64,000 bases of DNA from a bacterium. Lineage in GTDB: Bacteria > Bacillota_I > Bacilli_A > RF39 > UBA660. How positions within the stretch are numbered: position 1 is the stretch's first letter; each line of letters begins with the position of its first letter. Made by a program: the position numbers and the translations under genes. Positions 55,661-64,000 of this stretch are shown here, piece by piece. The stretch is taken from NCBI GenBank assembly GCA_029099845.1, contig JAQXOT010000019.1, positions 13,733-77,732 on the forward strand, given 5' to 3'. The notes beneath the pieces were generated by a model that worked only from the letters and a program-made list of their open reading frames with translations, made no database searches and had not been told where the DNA came from.

Positions 55661-55698
55661 TAAATAAGAATAGAGGTTCTTTTAGGAATCAGGGTGGT

Positions 55699-56424
55699 TT
55701 GGTGATGAAAAAGAGTAAAATTTTAAAGATTGTTATTAGTCTTTTGGTTTTCTTTGTATTAGTTTTAACGTTTTTTCTAAATTCAAATAGTAATTTAGAA
55801 ATTACTGAGAAAGAGGCTAAAGATGAGATAATAAAGAAGTATCAAACATTGGAGTCTAATACTTTATTAGAAAATAGTTCTGTTGTTTTGGATTATCAAA
55901 AAATGTTTAATAATTCTTCAATAGTAGGAGAATTATATATACCTAATACTGAACTTAAAGTTCCAGTTGCTCAAGGGGAAGATAATGATTATTATCTTAA
56001 TCATTTACTTGATAAATCTTATAATACTTTAGGAAGCGTTTTTTTAGACTATCGAAATAACGTTGATGATAAAAAAATTATAATTTATGGTCATAATTCA
56101 CAAGACATTACAACTGAGTTTCATATGTTAGAAAATTATTTGGATTATGATTATTATAAGCGTTATTCAGATATATATTTTGAAACTATTAATAATAAGT
56201 ATCATTATAAAATATTTTCTGTTTATATTGCGACTAATGATTATCAACATGTTAATTTAAAATTGTTTGAAGCTTCTTATCAAAAACATTTGGATTGGTT
56301 ATTACAGCAATCAATATATGATACTGGTGTTTTAGTTAATAGGGATGATGATATTTTAATTTTACAAACGTGTTATTTTGAACCAAAAGATTCGTTTTTG
56401 ATTATAGCAGCTAAAAAGATTTAG
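55699..56424 (+). CDS. srtB: Class B sortase
   Basis: N-terminal TM, PVAQGEDNDYYL, GSVFLDYRN, IIYGHN, LILQTCY. Confidence 0.9.
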   Translation: MVMKKSKILKIVISLLVFFVLVLTFFLNSNSNLEITEKEAKDEIIKKYQTLESNTLLENSSVVLDYQKMFNNSSIVGELYIPNTELKVPVAQGEDNDYYLNHLLDKSYNTLGSVFLDYRNNVDDKKIIIYGHNSQDITTEFHMLENYLDYDYYKRYSDIYFETINNKYHYKIFSVYIATNDYQHVNLKLFEASYQKHLDWLLQQSIYDTGVLVNRDDDILILQTCYFEPKDSFLIIAAKKI

Positions 56425-56546
56425 TATAAAAAAGGGCATTTTAAAATTAATGCTCTTTTTTTATAGTTTTAGAGTTATTTTCTTGATTAATTTCTATACA
56501 AAATCTTTGTTTTGTAGTATACTTGTTGTGGTTAACGGAGGAGTGA

Positions 56547-57962
56547 TTGCAATATATGAAAAAAACAAAAATTATATGTAGTATTGGACCAGCTTCAACA
56601 AATGTTGATGTAATGGAAAAAATGGTAAAGGCTGGGATGAATGTAGCAAGAGTTAATTTTACACATGCAACTTTGGAAGAAAGATTGGCAGTAATTAATT
56701 CTGTTACGGAAGTTAGAAAAAGAACAGGTGCTAATGTGGCAATTTTATGGGATACTAAAGGCCCTGAATTTAGATCTGGTGTATTAGAAAATGGTAAAGT
56801 TGAATTAGTTGAAGGAAAGACAATTAAAGTAGTTAAAGATAGTATTGTTGGAAATTCAGAGATGATTAGTGTTAATCATCCCGATGCATTAAATAGTCTT
56901 AATGTCGGAGATTTATTATTATTAGAAAATGATAAGATGCGCTTAGAAGTTATTGATAAGACTAATGATTACTTAAATTGTAAGATAATTGTTGGTGGAG
57001 TATTAGGTGATAGAAAAAGTATCAGTGCTCCAGGCGTTAAATTAGATATTCCATATGTAAGTGATTTAGATAGGGAAGATATTGAATTTGCTTGTAATCA
57101 TGGTGGGGAATATTTAGCTATTTCTTTTGTTTCTTGTAAAGAAGATGTTTTAGAGATTAAGGAATTATTGAAAAAATATAATCGCGAAGATTTACAAATT
57201 ATTTGTAAAATTGAAAGTGATTTAGGTATTACTAATTTAAAAGAAATTTTAGAGGTTAGTGATGGTGTAATGGTAGCTAGAGGAGATTTGGGAACAGAAA
57301 TTTCTTATGCTAAATTGCCAATAATTCAAAAAAATATTATTAAAACATGTCGTAGTATGGGAAAATTATGTATTGTAGCAACAGAAATGCTTGAAACGAT
57401 GATGGAAAATTCTCGTCCAAAAAGAGCTGAAACTAGTGATATCGCTAATGCTGTTTTAGATGGTACCGATGCGGTTATGCTAAGTGGTGAAACAACGGTT
57501 GGTAAACATCCAGTTGAAACGGTAGAAGCTATGGCTAGAATTTGTGAGGAAACAGAACGATATGCAGAATTTAATTATATTGATGAGTCTCGTGTATATT
57601 CTATTCCTCAAGCAATTGCAGAAAATGTAGTAGAGAGTTCTAATAGATTGAATGCTAAATTAATTTGTGCAGCTACTATTACTGGAACAACGGCAAAACT
57701 AATTAGTAATTTTAAACCAAAGGCACCTATTTTAGCTTTATGTCCAAATGATGCGTCTTGCTATAGACTAGCTTTGAATTGGGGCGTTTACACTAAAACT
57801 ATTCCTATGTTTGAATCAACAGATGCAGTTTTAATGGCTAGCGTTGATGAGGCAAAGAAATTTATTGATCTTGAAAAAGATGATAGAATTGTTTTAACAG
57901 GTGGGTTCCCAACTACTGGTGGTTCACAAACTAATTTAATGAAAATAGAAGAAATTAAATAA
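56547..57962 (+). CDS. pyk: Pyruvate kinase
   Basis: KTKIICSIGPAS, DTKGPEFR, DGVMVARGDLG, DGTDAVMLSGET. Confidence 0.98.
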   Translation: MQYMKKTKIICSIGPASTNVDVMEKMVKAGMNVARVNFTHATLEERLAVINSVTEVRKRTGANVAILWDTKGPEFRSGVLENGKVELVEGKTIKVVKDSIVGNSEMISVNHPDALNSLNVGDLLLLENDKMRLEVIDKTNDYLNCKIIVGGVLGDRKSISAPGVKLDIPYVSDLDREDIEFACNHGGEYLAISFVSCKEDVLEIKELLKKYNREDLQIICKIESDLGITNLKEILEVSDGVMVARGDLGTEISYAKLPIIQKNIIKTCRSMGKLCIVATEMLETMMENSRPKRAETSDIANAVLDGTDAVMLSGETTVGKHPVETVEAMARICEETERYAEFNYIDESRVYSIPQAIAENVVESSNRLNAKLICAATITGTTAKLISNFKPKAPILALCPNDASCYRLALNWGVYTKTIPMFESTDAVLMASVDEAKKFIDLEKDDRIVLTGGFPTTGGSQTNLMKIEEIK

Positions 57963-58028
57963 TAAAATGTTTAGATAAAAAAAGAAAATTAGTTAATTAA
58001 TCTAATTTTCTTTTTTTATTATGATAGG

Positions 58029-58358
58029 CTACTTTTCTTTTAGATGCCAGTATTGTTGATATAGTTTTTGAACACCATTTTCTAAAAAGAAGTAGTGAAA
58101 TATGTAAGGAACAAATAAAATTAATAGGCAGGCGAATAGTATTAAACAAGAAATAGAAGAGTTTAATATTCCGGCAATAAAGAAAAGTATAGCCATAATA
58201 CCTACAAAAATGGTTACTAGTAAATGAATTAGACGCTCATGTTGGAAGAAAGATATTTGTGTTAAGTGATCTCTTAAGAGTTCTTCTTTATTTTTTATTT
58301 GTTTTTCATTTAATATATTATCGATTTTAGTTAGATAATCTTTTAAATTTTCATGCAT
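58029..58358 (-). CDS. Small membrane protein (2 TM), unknown function
   Basis: FFQHERLIHLLVT, PYIFHYFFLENGVQKLY. Confidence 0.7.
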   Translation of the reverse strand: MHENLKDYLTKIDNILNEKQIKNKEELLRDHLTQISFFQHERLIHLLVTIFVGIMAILFFIAGILNSSISCLILFACLLILFVPYIFHYFFLENGVQKLYQQYWHLKEK

Positions 58359-58364
58359 ATAGTT

Positions 58365-59042
58365 TTACATCCTTTCTGATAAACCTTCATTGATAAACTC
58401 TTCGTCCATTAATAGTTCGTGGATTTCTTCTTCTTTGGTGTCAAGGAAAACTTCTTCAATACGGTCAACACGACATTTTTCTGATTTGATGATGGCATCA
58501 ACTTTATCGATAGCTTCTTCTAAATTATCATTGATAACAACATAATTATATTTTGAAACTTCATTTATTTCTTTATAGGCAGCATGGAAACGTTCAATGA
58601 TTTTTTCATTGGAATCGGTTCCACGTTTTTTTAATCTTTTTACTAGAACTTTTAAAGATGGTGGCATTATGAAAATAAAAATGGCCTCAGGAATTAATTT
58701 TTTAATGTTAGAAGCTCCTTCAATTTCAATTTCTAAGATGACATCTATTCCTTGTTCAAGTTTTTCTTTAATTGGACCTTTAGGCGTTCCATAATAATTT
58801 CCTACATAGTTTGTATATTCTAAGAATACGTTTTCTTTTATTTCTTTTTCAAATTCTTCTTTAGAAACAAAATTATATGTTACTCCAGGAATATCGTTTT
58901 CACGAATATTTCTAGAAGTGGTAGATACCGACAACCAAATATTTTTATTCTTTTTTAATAAGCCATTAATAACACTACCTTTGCCACTACCACTTGGTGC
59001 AGAAATTACAATTACTTGTCCAGTTTTCTTTTGTTTAATCAT
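58365..59042 (-). CDS. gmk: Guanylate kinase
   Basis: SAPSGSGKG, SVSTTSR, NYYGTP, FIMPPS. Confidence 0.97.
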   Translation of the reverse strand: MIKQKKTGQVIVISAPSGSGKGSVINGLLKKNKNIWLSVSTTSRNIRENDIPGVTYNFVSKEEFEKEIKENVFLEYTNYVGNYYGTPKGPIKEKLEQGIDVILEIEIEGASNIKKLIPEAIFIFIMPPSLKVLVKRLKKRGTDSNEKIIERFHAAYKEINEVSKYNYVVINDNLEEAIDKVDAIIKSEKCRVDRIEEVFLDTKEEEIHELLMDEEFINEGLSERM

Positions 59043-60195
59043 AGTTTTCTCCTTTATTTATTAAGTTTTCATATTCTTTATTTATTAATGCAATTTGTTT
59101 TTCTTTGTCTAAATTTAAACTATATATTTTTGTTGTTTCAATTTCAAATTCTAGCATTGGATCTTTGTTGCGACTAATTTTACTTATTAGAGGTATATCT
59201 AGTTCTTTTTTTATACTGTTTAGATATTGTTGTCCCATTTTAGAAAAGCCTAATAATCTAATATAAGTTATTTCTTGAAATTGTTCTTTTTTTTCTTTAG
59301 TGAAATTACATAATATATGAAGTAGCATACGAGATAATTTATTGTAAGTATAGCGTTTACTTTTGATACGATTTATTAAATCTTGATAGGAGGTTGCTTG
59401 AGTTATTTCTTTTTTTAATTTTTTGTCAAGGCCTTCTTCAACAGTACTATAGATTGATAAGTCTGGTTCGGTAATTATTTTGTATTTTAGTAGGGGAAAG
59501 TAGTCTTCTATGGTGTGAAGATCTTTTAAATATTCTAGAGCAAATTTTGGGACTTGATTTTCAATATTTAGTCCATCAATAAGTGCTTTTCTAATCGCAG
59601 TAGCGCTTGAAATATCATCATTTAATTCTTCATCGTGATAACTATTAGTTCTTTTAATTGTTTCTGGGATAATTTTGTAATTATTTTTTTTGATTGTTTT
59701 TATGTAGCTGATTCCTAATAAATCGTTTGGTGTTGATATTTCTTTTTGAGTTAAATCTTTTACAGCTAGGGCTAAAGCAGTGGGATAATTTTTTCCAAGT
59801 TTAGAATATATTTTAACTAATTTGTCAAAATCCGGATGATTTATTTGGGCATCAGCGATAATTTCTAAATCTTTGATGTTATCACATTCACTACCAAAAA
59901 TTACCTTGTTTACTTTTAGTTTTTCTAAAAGAGTAATACTACCATAACTAAAATAGTCAGCACTTTGGGTTGCGAAAGGGAAAGGCAATTCAATTACTAA
60001 ATCAATGCCAGCTTTTAGGGCAATTTGTGTCTTTTTCCATTTGTCTATTATGGAAACATCACCACGCTCAGTAAAGTTACCAGACATTACTAAAATAATG
60101 ACGCTATCCTTATATTTTTCTTTAATTTTTTTTAAATGATAGAGATGTCCATTGTGAAATGGATTATATTCGGCTATAATACCAATGCTTTCCAT
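59035..60195 (-). CDS. tmcAL: tRNA(Met) cytidine acetate ligase (TmcAL/YlbM)
   Basis: GIIAEYNPFHNGHLYH, MSGNFTERG, PNDLLGISY, SSATAIR, KSKRYTYNKLSR. Start set at MESIG (track 60216). Confidence 0.9.
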   Translation of the reverse strand: MESIGIIAEYNPFHNGHLYHLKKIKEKYKDSVIILVMSGNFTERGDVSIIDKWKKTQIALKAGIDLVIELPFPFATQSADYFSYGSITLLEKLKVNKVIFGSECDNIKDLEIIADAQINHPDFDKLVKIYSKLGKNYPTALALAVKDLTQKEISTPNDLLGISYIKTIKKNNYKIIPETIKRTNSYHDEELNDDISSATAIRKALIDGLNIENQVPKFALEYLKDLHTIEDYFPLLKYKIITEPDLSIYSTVEEGLDKKLKKEITQATSYQDLINRIKSKRYTYNKLSRMLLHILCNFTKEKKEQFQEITYIRLLGFSKMGQQYLNSIKKELDIPLISKISRNKDPMLEFEIETTKIYSLNLDKEKQIALINKEYENLINKGENYD

Positions 60196-60463
60196 ATTAT
60201 TCCTTCCTTTTGTCATATTTTAACATATTATTTTATTAAAAACTAGCTGATTTATTTTATTTTAATGTAATCGATAGATGGTAATTATAAAAATAGAATA
60301 ATTAATAAAGTACTTTTCTAATTTATTGATTTCGATTAATGTCTTTTATTTACTTTATTTTTAGTATGGGTTATAATTTAATTGAATAATATTATTGTAA
60401 AGATGTAGTTTAACTTAAATTTAGAATATATATTAGATAGTTAATAGTTGATGGGGTGATGTA

Positions 60464-61540
60464 ATGAGGGCAATTATTGTAGCTGGTGGTACTGGTGGAC
60501 ATATATATCCAGCTTTAGCTATTGTAAATAAAATTAAGGAAAGAGAACCTGAGTCTTCTATTTTATATATTGGTACAGTTGATAGAATGGAAAAAGATAT
60601 TGTTCCTAAACTTGGTATTAAATATGTGGGAATAGAAATGACTGGATTAGATAGAAAAAATTTATTGAAGAATGTTTCGGTAATGAAAAAATATTTTATG
60701 GCGGTTTTAAAGGCCAAAAAGATAATTAAAGAATTTAATCCTGATGTTGTTATTGGAGCTGGAGGGTATATAACTGCACCAGTTTTATATGCGGCACATT
60801 CTTTACATGTTAAAACTGTTATTCATGAACAAAATTCTATACCTGGCGTTGCGAATAAGTTTTTAGGCAAAATTGTTGATCGAGTATTTTTATCTTTACC
60901 AGGTAGTTTAAAATATTTTGATCAAAAAAAAGCGGTGTATACGGGAAATCCACGAAGTGAGGAAATATCACTAGTTAAAAAAGCCAAAAAAGAAACACTT
61001 GGCTTTTTACCAGATAAAAAGTTAGTGGTTGTTGTTATGGGATCTCTTGGCTCTACTACGATGACGAAGAAACTAAAAGAATTAATTGATGGTTTTAAAA
61101 ATAAAAATTATCAAGTGGTTATTATTACTGGTAAAAAATATTTTGATGATTATAAGGACGTTAGTGTCCCTAAAAATGTTAAACTTGTACCATTTCTAGA
61201 AAATTTTATTAATGTTTTAAAAGATACTGATTTGATAGTTTCAAGGGCTGGAGCTTCGACGATTGCGGAAATTACGACAATTGGACTTCCAGCAATATTA
61301 GTACCATCACCATATGTTACACATAATCATCAGTATATGAATGCTTTAGAGTTAGAAGAGGTTGGAGCATGTAAGATTGTGACAGAAGAAGAATTTTCTA
61401 AAGAAAAAGTTATTATGGAAATAGATAATTTACTTAATGATACTGATGGTTATAGAAAAATGCAAAATAATAGTAAAAAGTTGGGTATTAGTGATTCGGC
61501 AACGAGAATATATAATGAAATTAGAAAGCTAATTGGGTGA
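60464..61540 (+). CDS. murG: MurG N-acetylglucosamine transferase
   Basis: AGGTGGHIYPA, HEQN, TGNPR, GGS-like MGSLG, SRAGASTIAE. Confidence 0.97.
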   Translation: MRAIIVAGGTGGHIYPALAIVNKIKEREPESSILYIGTVDRMEKDIVPKLGIKYVGIEMTGLDRKNLLKNVSVMKKYFMAVLKAKKIIKEFNPDVVIGAGGYITAPVLYAAHSLHVKTVIHEQNSIPGVANKFLGKIVDRVFLSLPGSLKYFDQKKAVYTGNPRSEEISLVKKAKKETLGFLPDKKLVVVVMGSLGSTTMTKKLKELIDGFKNKNYQVVIITGKKYFDDYKDVSVPKNVKLVPFLENFINVLKDTDLIVSRAGASTIAEITTIGLPAILVPSPYVTHNHQYMNALELEEVGACKIVTEEEFSKEKVIMEIDNLLNDTDGYRKMQNNSKKLGISDSATRIYNEIRKLIG

Positions 61541-61543
61541 AGA

Positions 61544-62455
61544 TTGATGGATGAAGTAATTAAGAGAATAGAAAAAGCTAATATTGGAAAGATTGACTGC
61601 AATGTTTCTTTGAGTAAACATACGACGTATAGGGTTGGGGGAATTGCTAAGGCAATTGTTTATCCTAAAGATGTTAAGTGTTTGGTTAGTTTGTTAAAAA
61701 TACTTAATGAGGAAAAGATTAAATATAAAGTTATGGGTAATGGTTCAAATTTATTATTTAGTGATAATATTTATGATGGGGTAATTATTAAATTAAATGA
61801 ATTTGATAAAGTAGAATTTTTAAGTCATAATAAAATAAAGGTTGGTGCGGGATTTCCTTTGATGAAGTTGGCACTTCTTGCAGCTCGTAAGGGACTTACT
61901 GGTCTTGAATTTGCTTCTGGTATTCCCGGAACGATTGGTGGAGCGGTTTTTATGAATGCGGGAGCATATAAAAGCGATATGGGTTATATTGTGCAGCAGG
62001 TTAAAGTATTAACTCCTGAGTTTCGCATAATTACTTTAGAAAATAAAGAGATGGATTTTCATTATCGTAGTTCTTATTTACAAAAAAATCCTGGTTTTAT
62101 TTGTTTAGAGGTTATTTTAAAACTAACTCGTGGTAATAAGGATGCAATTGAGGCGGTTATAAAAGAAAGAAGAGAAAGAAGAGTACTTTCTCAGCCTTTG
62201 GAATTTCCATCAGCTGGTTCTGTTTTTAGAAATCCAGATGGTGATTTTGCGGGGAGATTAATTGAAGAATTAGGCTATAAAGGTCATAAAAATGGTGGGG
62301 CTATGGTTAGTGAAAAACATGCTAATTTTATTATTAATTATGATCATGCGACTAGTAGTGATATTAAACAGTTAATTGATGAAGTTCATGATAAAGTTTT
62401 AGAAAAGTATAATATTGATATGAAAATAGAACAAGAATTTGTTAATTGGGAGTAG
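61544..62455 (+). CDS. murB: UDP-N-acetylmuramate dehydrogenase
   Basis: HTTYRVGG, GNGSNLL, GIPGTIGGAVFMNAGA, PSAGSVFRNP, SEKHANF. Confidence 0.97.
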   Translation: MMDEVIKRIEKANIGKIDCNVSLSKHTTYRVGGIAKAIVYPKDVKCLVSLLKILNEEKIKYKVMGNGSNLLFSDNIYDGVIIKLNEFDKVEFLSHNKIKVGAGFPLMKLALLAARKGLTGLEFASGIPGTIGGAVFMNAGAYKSDMGYIVQQVKVLTPEFRIITLENKEMDFHYRSSYLQKNPGFICLEVILKLTRGNKDAIEAVIKERRERRVLSQPLEFPSAGSVFRNPDGDFAGRLIEELGYKGHKNGGAMVSEKHANFIINYDHATSSDIKQLIDEVHDKVLEKYNIDMKIEQEFVNWE

Positions 62456-62458
62456 GAT

Positions 62459-63148
62459 ATGGCAAAAAAAATAGTCAAAAAAAAGAAGCTTAAATTAATT
62501 CCTTTTTTGATAGTACTTTTAATTTTAGGGGGACTATTTTTTGGTGTATATACATTAATTAATACAAAAACAAAGAATATTATTGTTAAAAATACTAATT
62601 ATTTAAATGATGATTATATTTTAGAATTGGCAGATGTTTTGGATTATCCTAGTTTTTATACTTTAAACATTAAAAAAATGGAAAAAAAATTAGAAAGTTC
62701 TCCTTATATAAAAAAAGCTAAAATAAAGAGAAAATTTTATAATGTTTTACTTATTGATATTTCTGAAAATGTGCCATTATATATTGATAATTCTTCAAAT
62801 AAGGTTGTTTTTGCTGATGGAATAGAAGTTACTAGTGATATGGTGCTTGATTTGTTTAGAGTGCCAAGAATTATGAACTATATTCCTAGTGATAAGGTTG
62901 ATGATTTTATTAAAGAAATGGGAAATGTTAAAAAGGATATTTTGGGGAAAATTTCAGATATAGAATATGTGCCTAATGAGTATGATAAGGATAGATTTCT
63001 TTTATATATGGATGATGGAAATATGGTTTATTTAACCCTTACTAAGTTTGAGATGATTAATTATTATAATGAAGTATTGGGTCAATTAGAGGAACATAAG
63101 GGTATTTTATATTTAGATAGTGGTAATCATTTTGAAATAAAGGAGTAG
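62459..63148 (+). CDS. divIB: Cell division protein FtsQ/DivIB
   Basis: Basic N-terminus, TM, POTRA-like segment, FLLYMDDGNMV; follows murG-murB. Confidence 0.85.
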   Translation: MAKKIVKKKKLKLIPFLIVLLILGGLFFGVYTLINTKTKNIIVKNTNYLNDDYILELADVLDYPSFYTLNIKKMEKKLESSPYIKKAKIKRKFYNVLLIDISENVPLYIDNSSNKVVFADGIEVTSDMVLDLFRVPRIMNYIPSDKVDDFIKEMGNVKKDILGKISDIEYVPNEYDKDRFLLYMDDGNMVYLTLTKFEMINYYNEVLGQLEEHKGILYLDSGNHFEIKE

Positions 63149-63151
63149 TTT

Positions 63152-64000
63152 ATGAAAGAGAAATTTAGAAAAATAAGACCTTATATTAAATATTTTCTAA
63201 TCTTCTTTTTCTTCTTATTTTGGAATTTAATAGTTCAACCAGTTAATTTAGATGAGATATGGAATTATGGTTTTGTTAATAATATTTACCGAGGATTAGT
63301 TCCTTATCGGGATTTTAATATGGTGATTACACCATTTTTTCCGATGTTGATGGCAATACCATTTTATATTTTTGGATCCAATATGCTAATTTTTAATATA
63401 GAGCAAGCTTTTATTTTAACTGTTATATTTTATATTATTTATGATTATTTAAAAGAAAAAAGTTATTTATTTATACTGGTTATGATATGTCCATTATCAA
63501 TATCTTTTCCAAGTTATAATATGTTTTTATTATTATTGTTTTTCCTTTTAATAAAGTTAGAAGATAGCAATGCTAATGATTATTTGATGGGTGTTTTATT
63601 GGCTTGCTTTATTTTGACAAAGCAAACTGTTGGAGTAATGATGGCACTTGTAACTTTATATTATTTTGATAAACCTAAGAAAATATTTAAACGTTTGATT
63701 GGAATGATAATTCCAGGAATTTTCTTTATTATTTATTTAGTTATAACCGGTAGTATTCGTCAATTTTTTGATTTGTGTTTATTTGGTTTGTTTGACTTTG
63801 CTACAACGAATGGTCGTGGTATTAATATTTATTTTTTACTTGGATTAGTAATGATTGGCATTATTATTTATTTAATAAGGAAAGATAAAAAGAATATAAA
63901 AAATTATTATTTTTTAGCGTTTTTCAGTATACTTATACCATTATTTGATCTTTATCATTTTAAAATAGTAGTTTTAGCATTTTTATTTGTTTTTTTAATA
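63152..64000 (+). CDS. Polytopic membrane protein, GT-C-type glycosyltransferase-like (runs off window; not in track)
   Basis: SD AAGGAG, ATG 63152; open to the window end; LDEIWNYG..GLVPYRDF loop after first TM, KQT motif, many TM segments. Confidence 0.65.
   Translation, partial: MKEKFRKIRPYIKYFLIFFFFLFWNLIVQPVNLDEIWNYGFVNNIYRGLVPYRDFNMVITPFFPMLMAIPFYIFGSNMLIFNIEQAFILTVIFYIIYDYLKEKSYLFILVMICPLSISFPSYNMFLLLLFFLLIKLEDSNANDYLMGVLLACFILTKQTVGVMMALVTLYYFDKPKKIFKRLIGMIIPGIFFIIYLVITGSIRQFFDLCLFGLFDFATTNGRGINIYFLLGLVMIGIIIYLIRKDKKNIKNYYFLAFFSILIPLFDLYHFKIVVLAFLFVFLI

Noticed and set aside
2086-60717. Short antisense or alternate-frame ORFs in the track (e.g. 2086-2409, 3951-4211, 8837-9121, 11845-12069, 17664-17882, 30664-30963, 31666-32091, 39766-39987, 40216-40479, 45012-45299, 49844-50029, 58597-58794, 60433-60717)
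   Set aside because: They lie within well-supported genes, lack SD sites and have the S/F/L/I-rich composition of shadow frames.
1-64000. tRNA or rRNA genes
   Set aside because: No T-arm GTTCGA cloverleaf context or GC-rich rRNA-like segment was seen by eye; tRNAscan-SE would be decisive.

Overview
Low-GC, cell-walled Firmicute (Bacilli) chromosome in genetic code 11, almost all on the + strand. Gene content suggests an RF39-like reduced gut lineage (inference). The backbone follows Bacillus synteny: rpsU-yqeY-yqfCD-ybeY-cdd-era-yqzL-recO-glyQS; infC-rpmI-rplT-rpsB-tsf-frr; pheST-sspI; rimM-trmD-rplS-lepB-[insert]-rbgA-rnhB-topA-xerC; secDF-rel-dtd-hisS-aspS-6S-tcdA; lexA-polA-mutM; pyk, gmk, tmcAL, murG-murB-divIB. 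Regulatory RNAs are three T-boxes (Gly, Phe, Asp), L20, L19 and probably S2 leaders, and a 6S RNA. One ~6.7 kb accessory insert (23.7-30.4 kb) carries queuosine-salvage, ASCH-GNAT, ASCH, atypical UDG, two HGS/ART-like, broken PH-like, recombinase-remnant and Bro-N genes. Best leads: the modified-nucleobase theme of that insert; the same Rho_N-like domain on the adjacent L20 and S2 genes; an apparent ACG start for rel; an ultra-compact Gly T-box; orphan genes inside two T-box operons; a Cys/His-repeat tail on HisRS; a LexA-boxed 48-aa membrane protein; an intact/degenerate zincin pair; and a sortase B locus with a structured leader. No tRNA, rRNA, CRISPR array or intact prophage was seen. All family calls come from reading motifs by eye; no searches were run.
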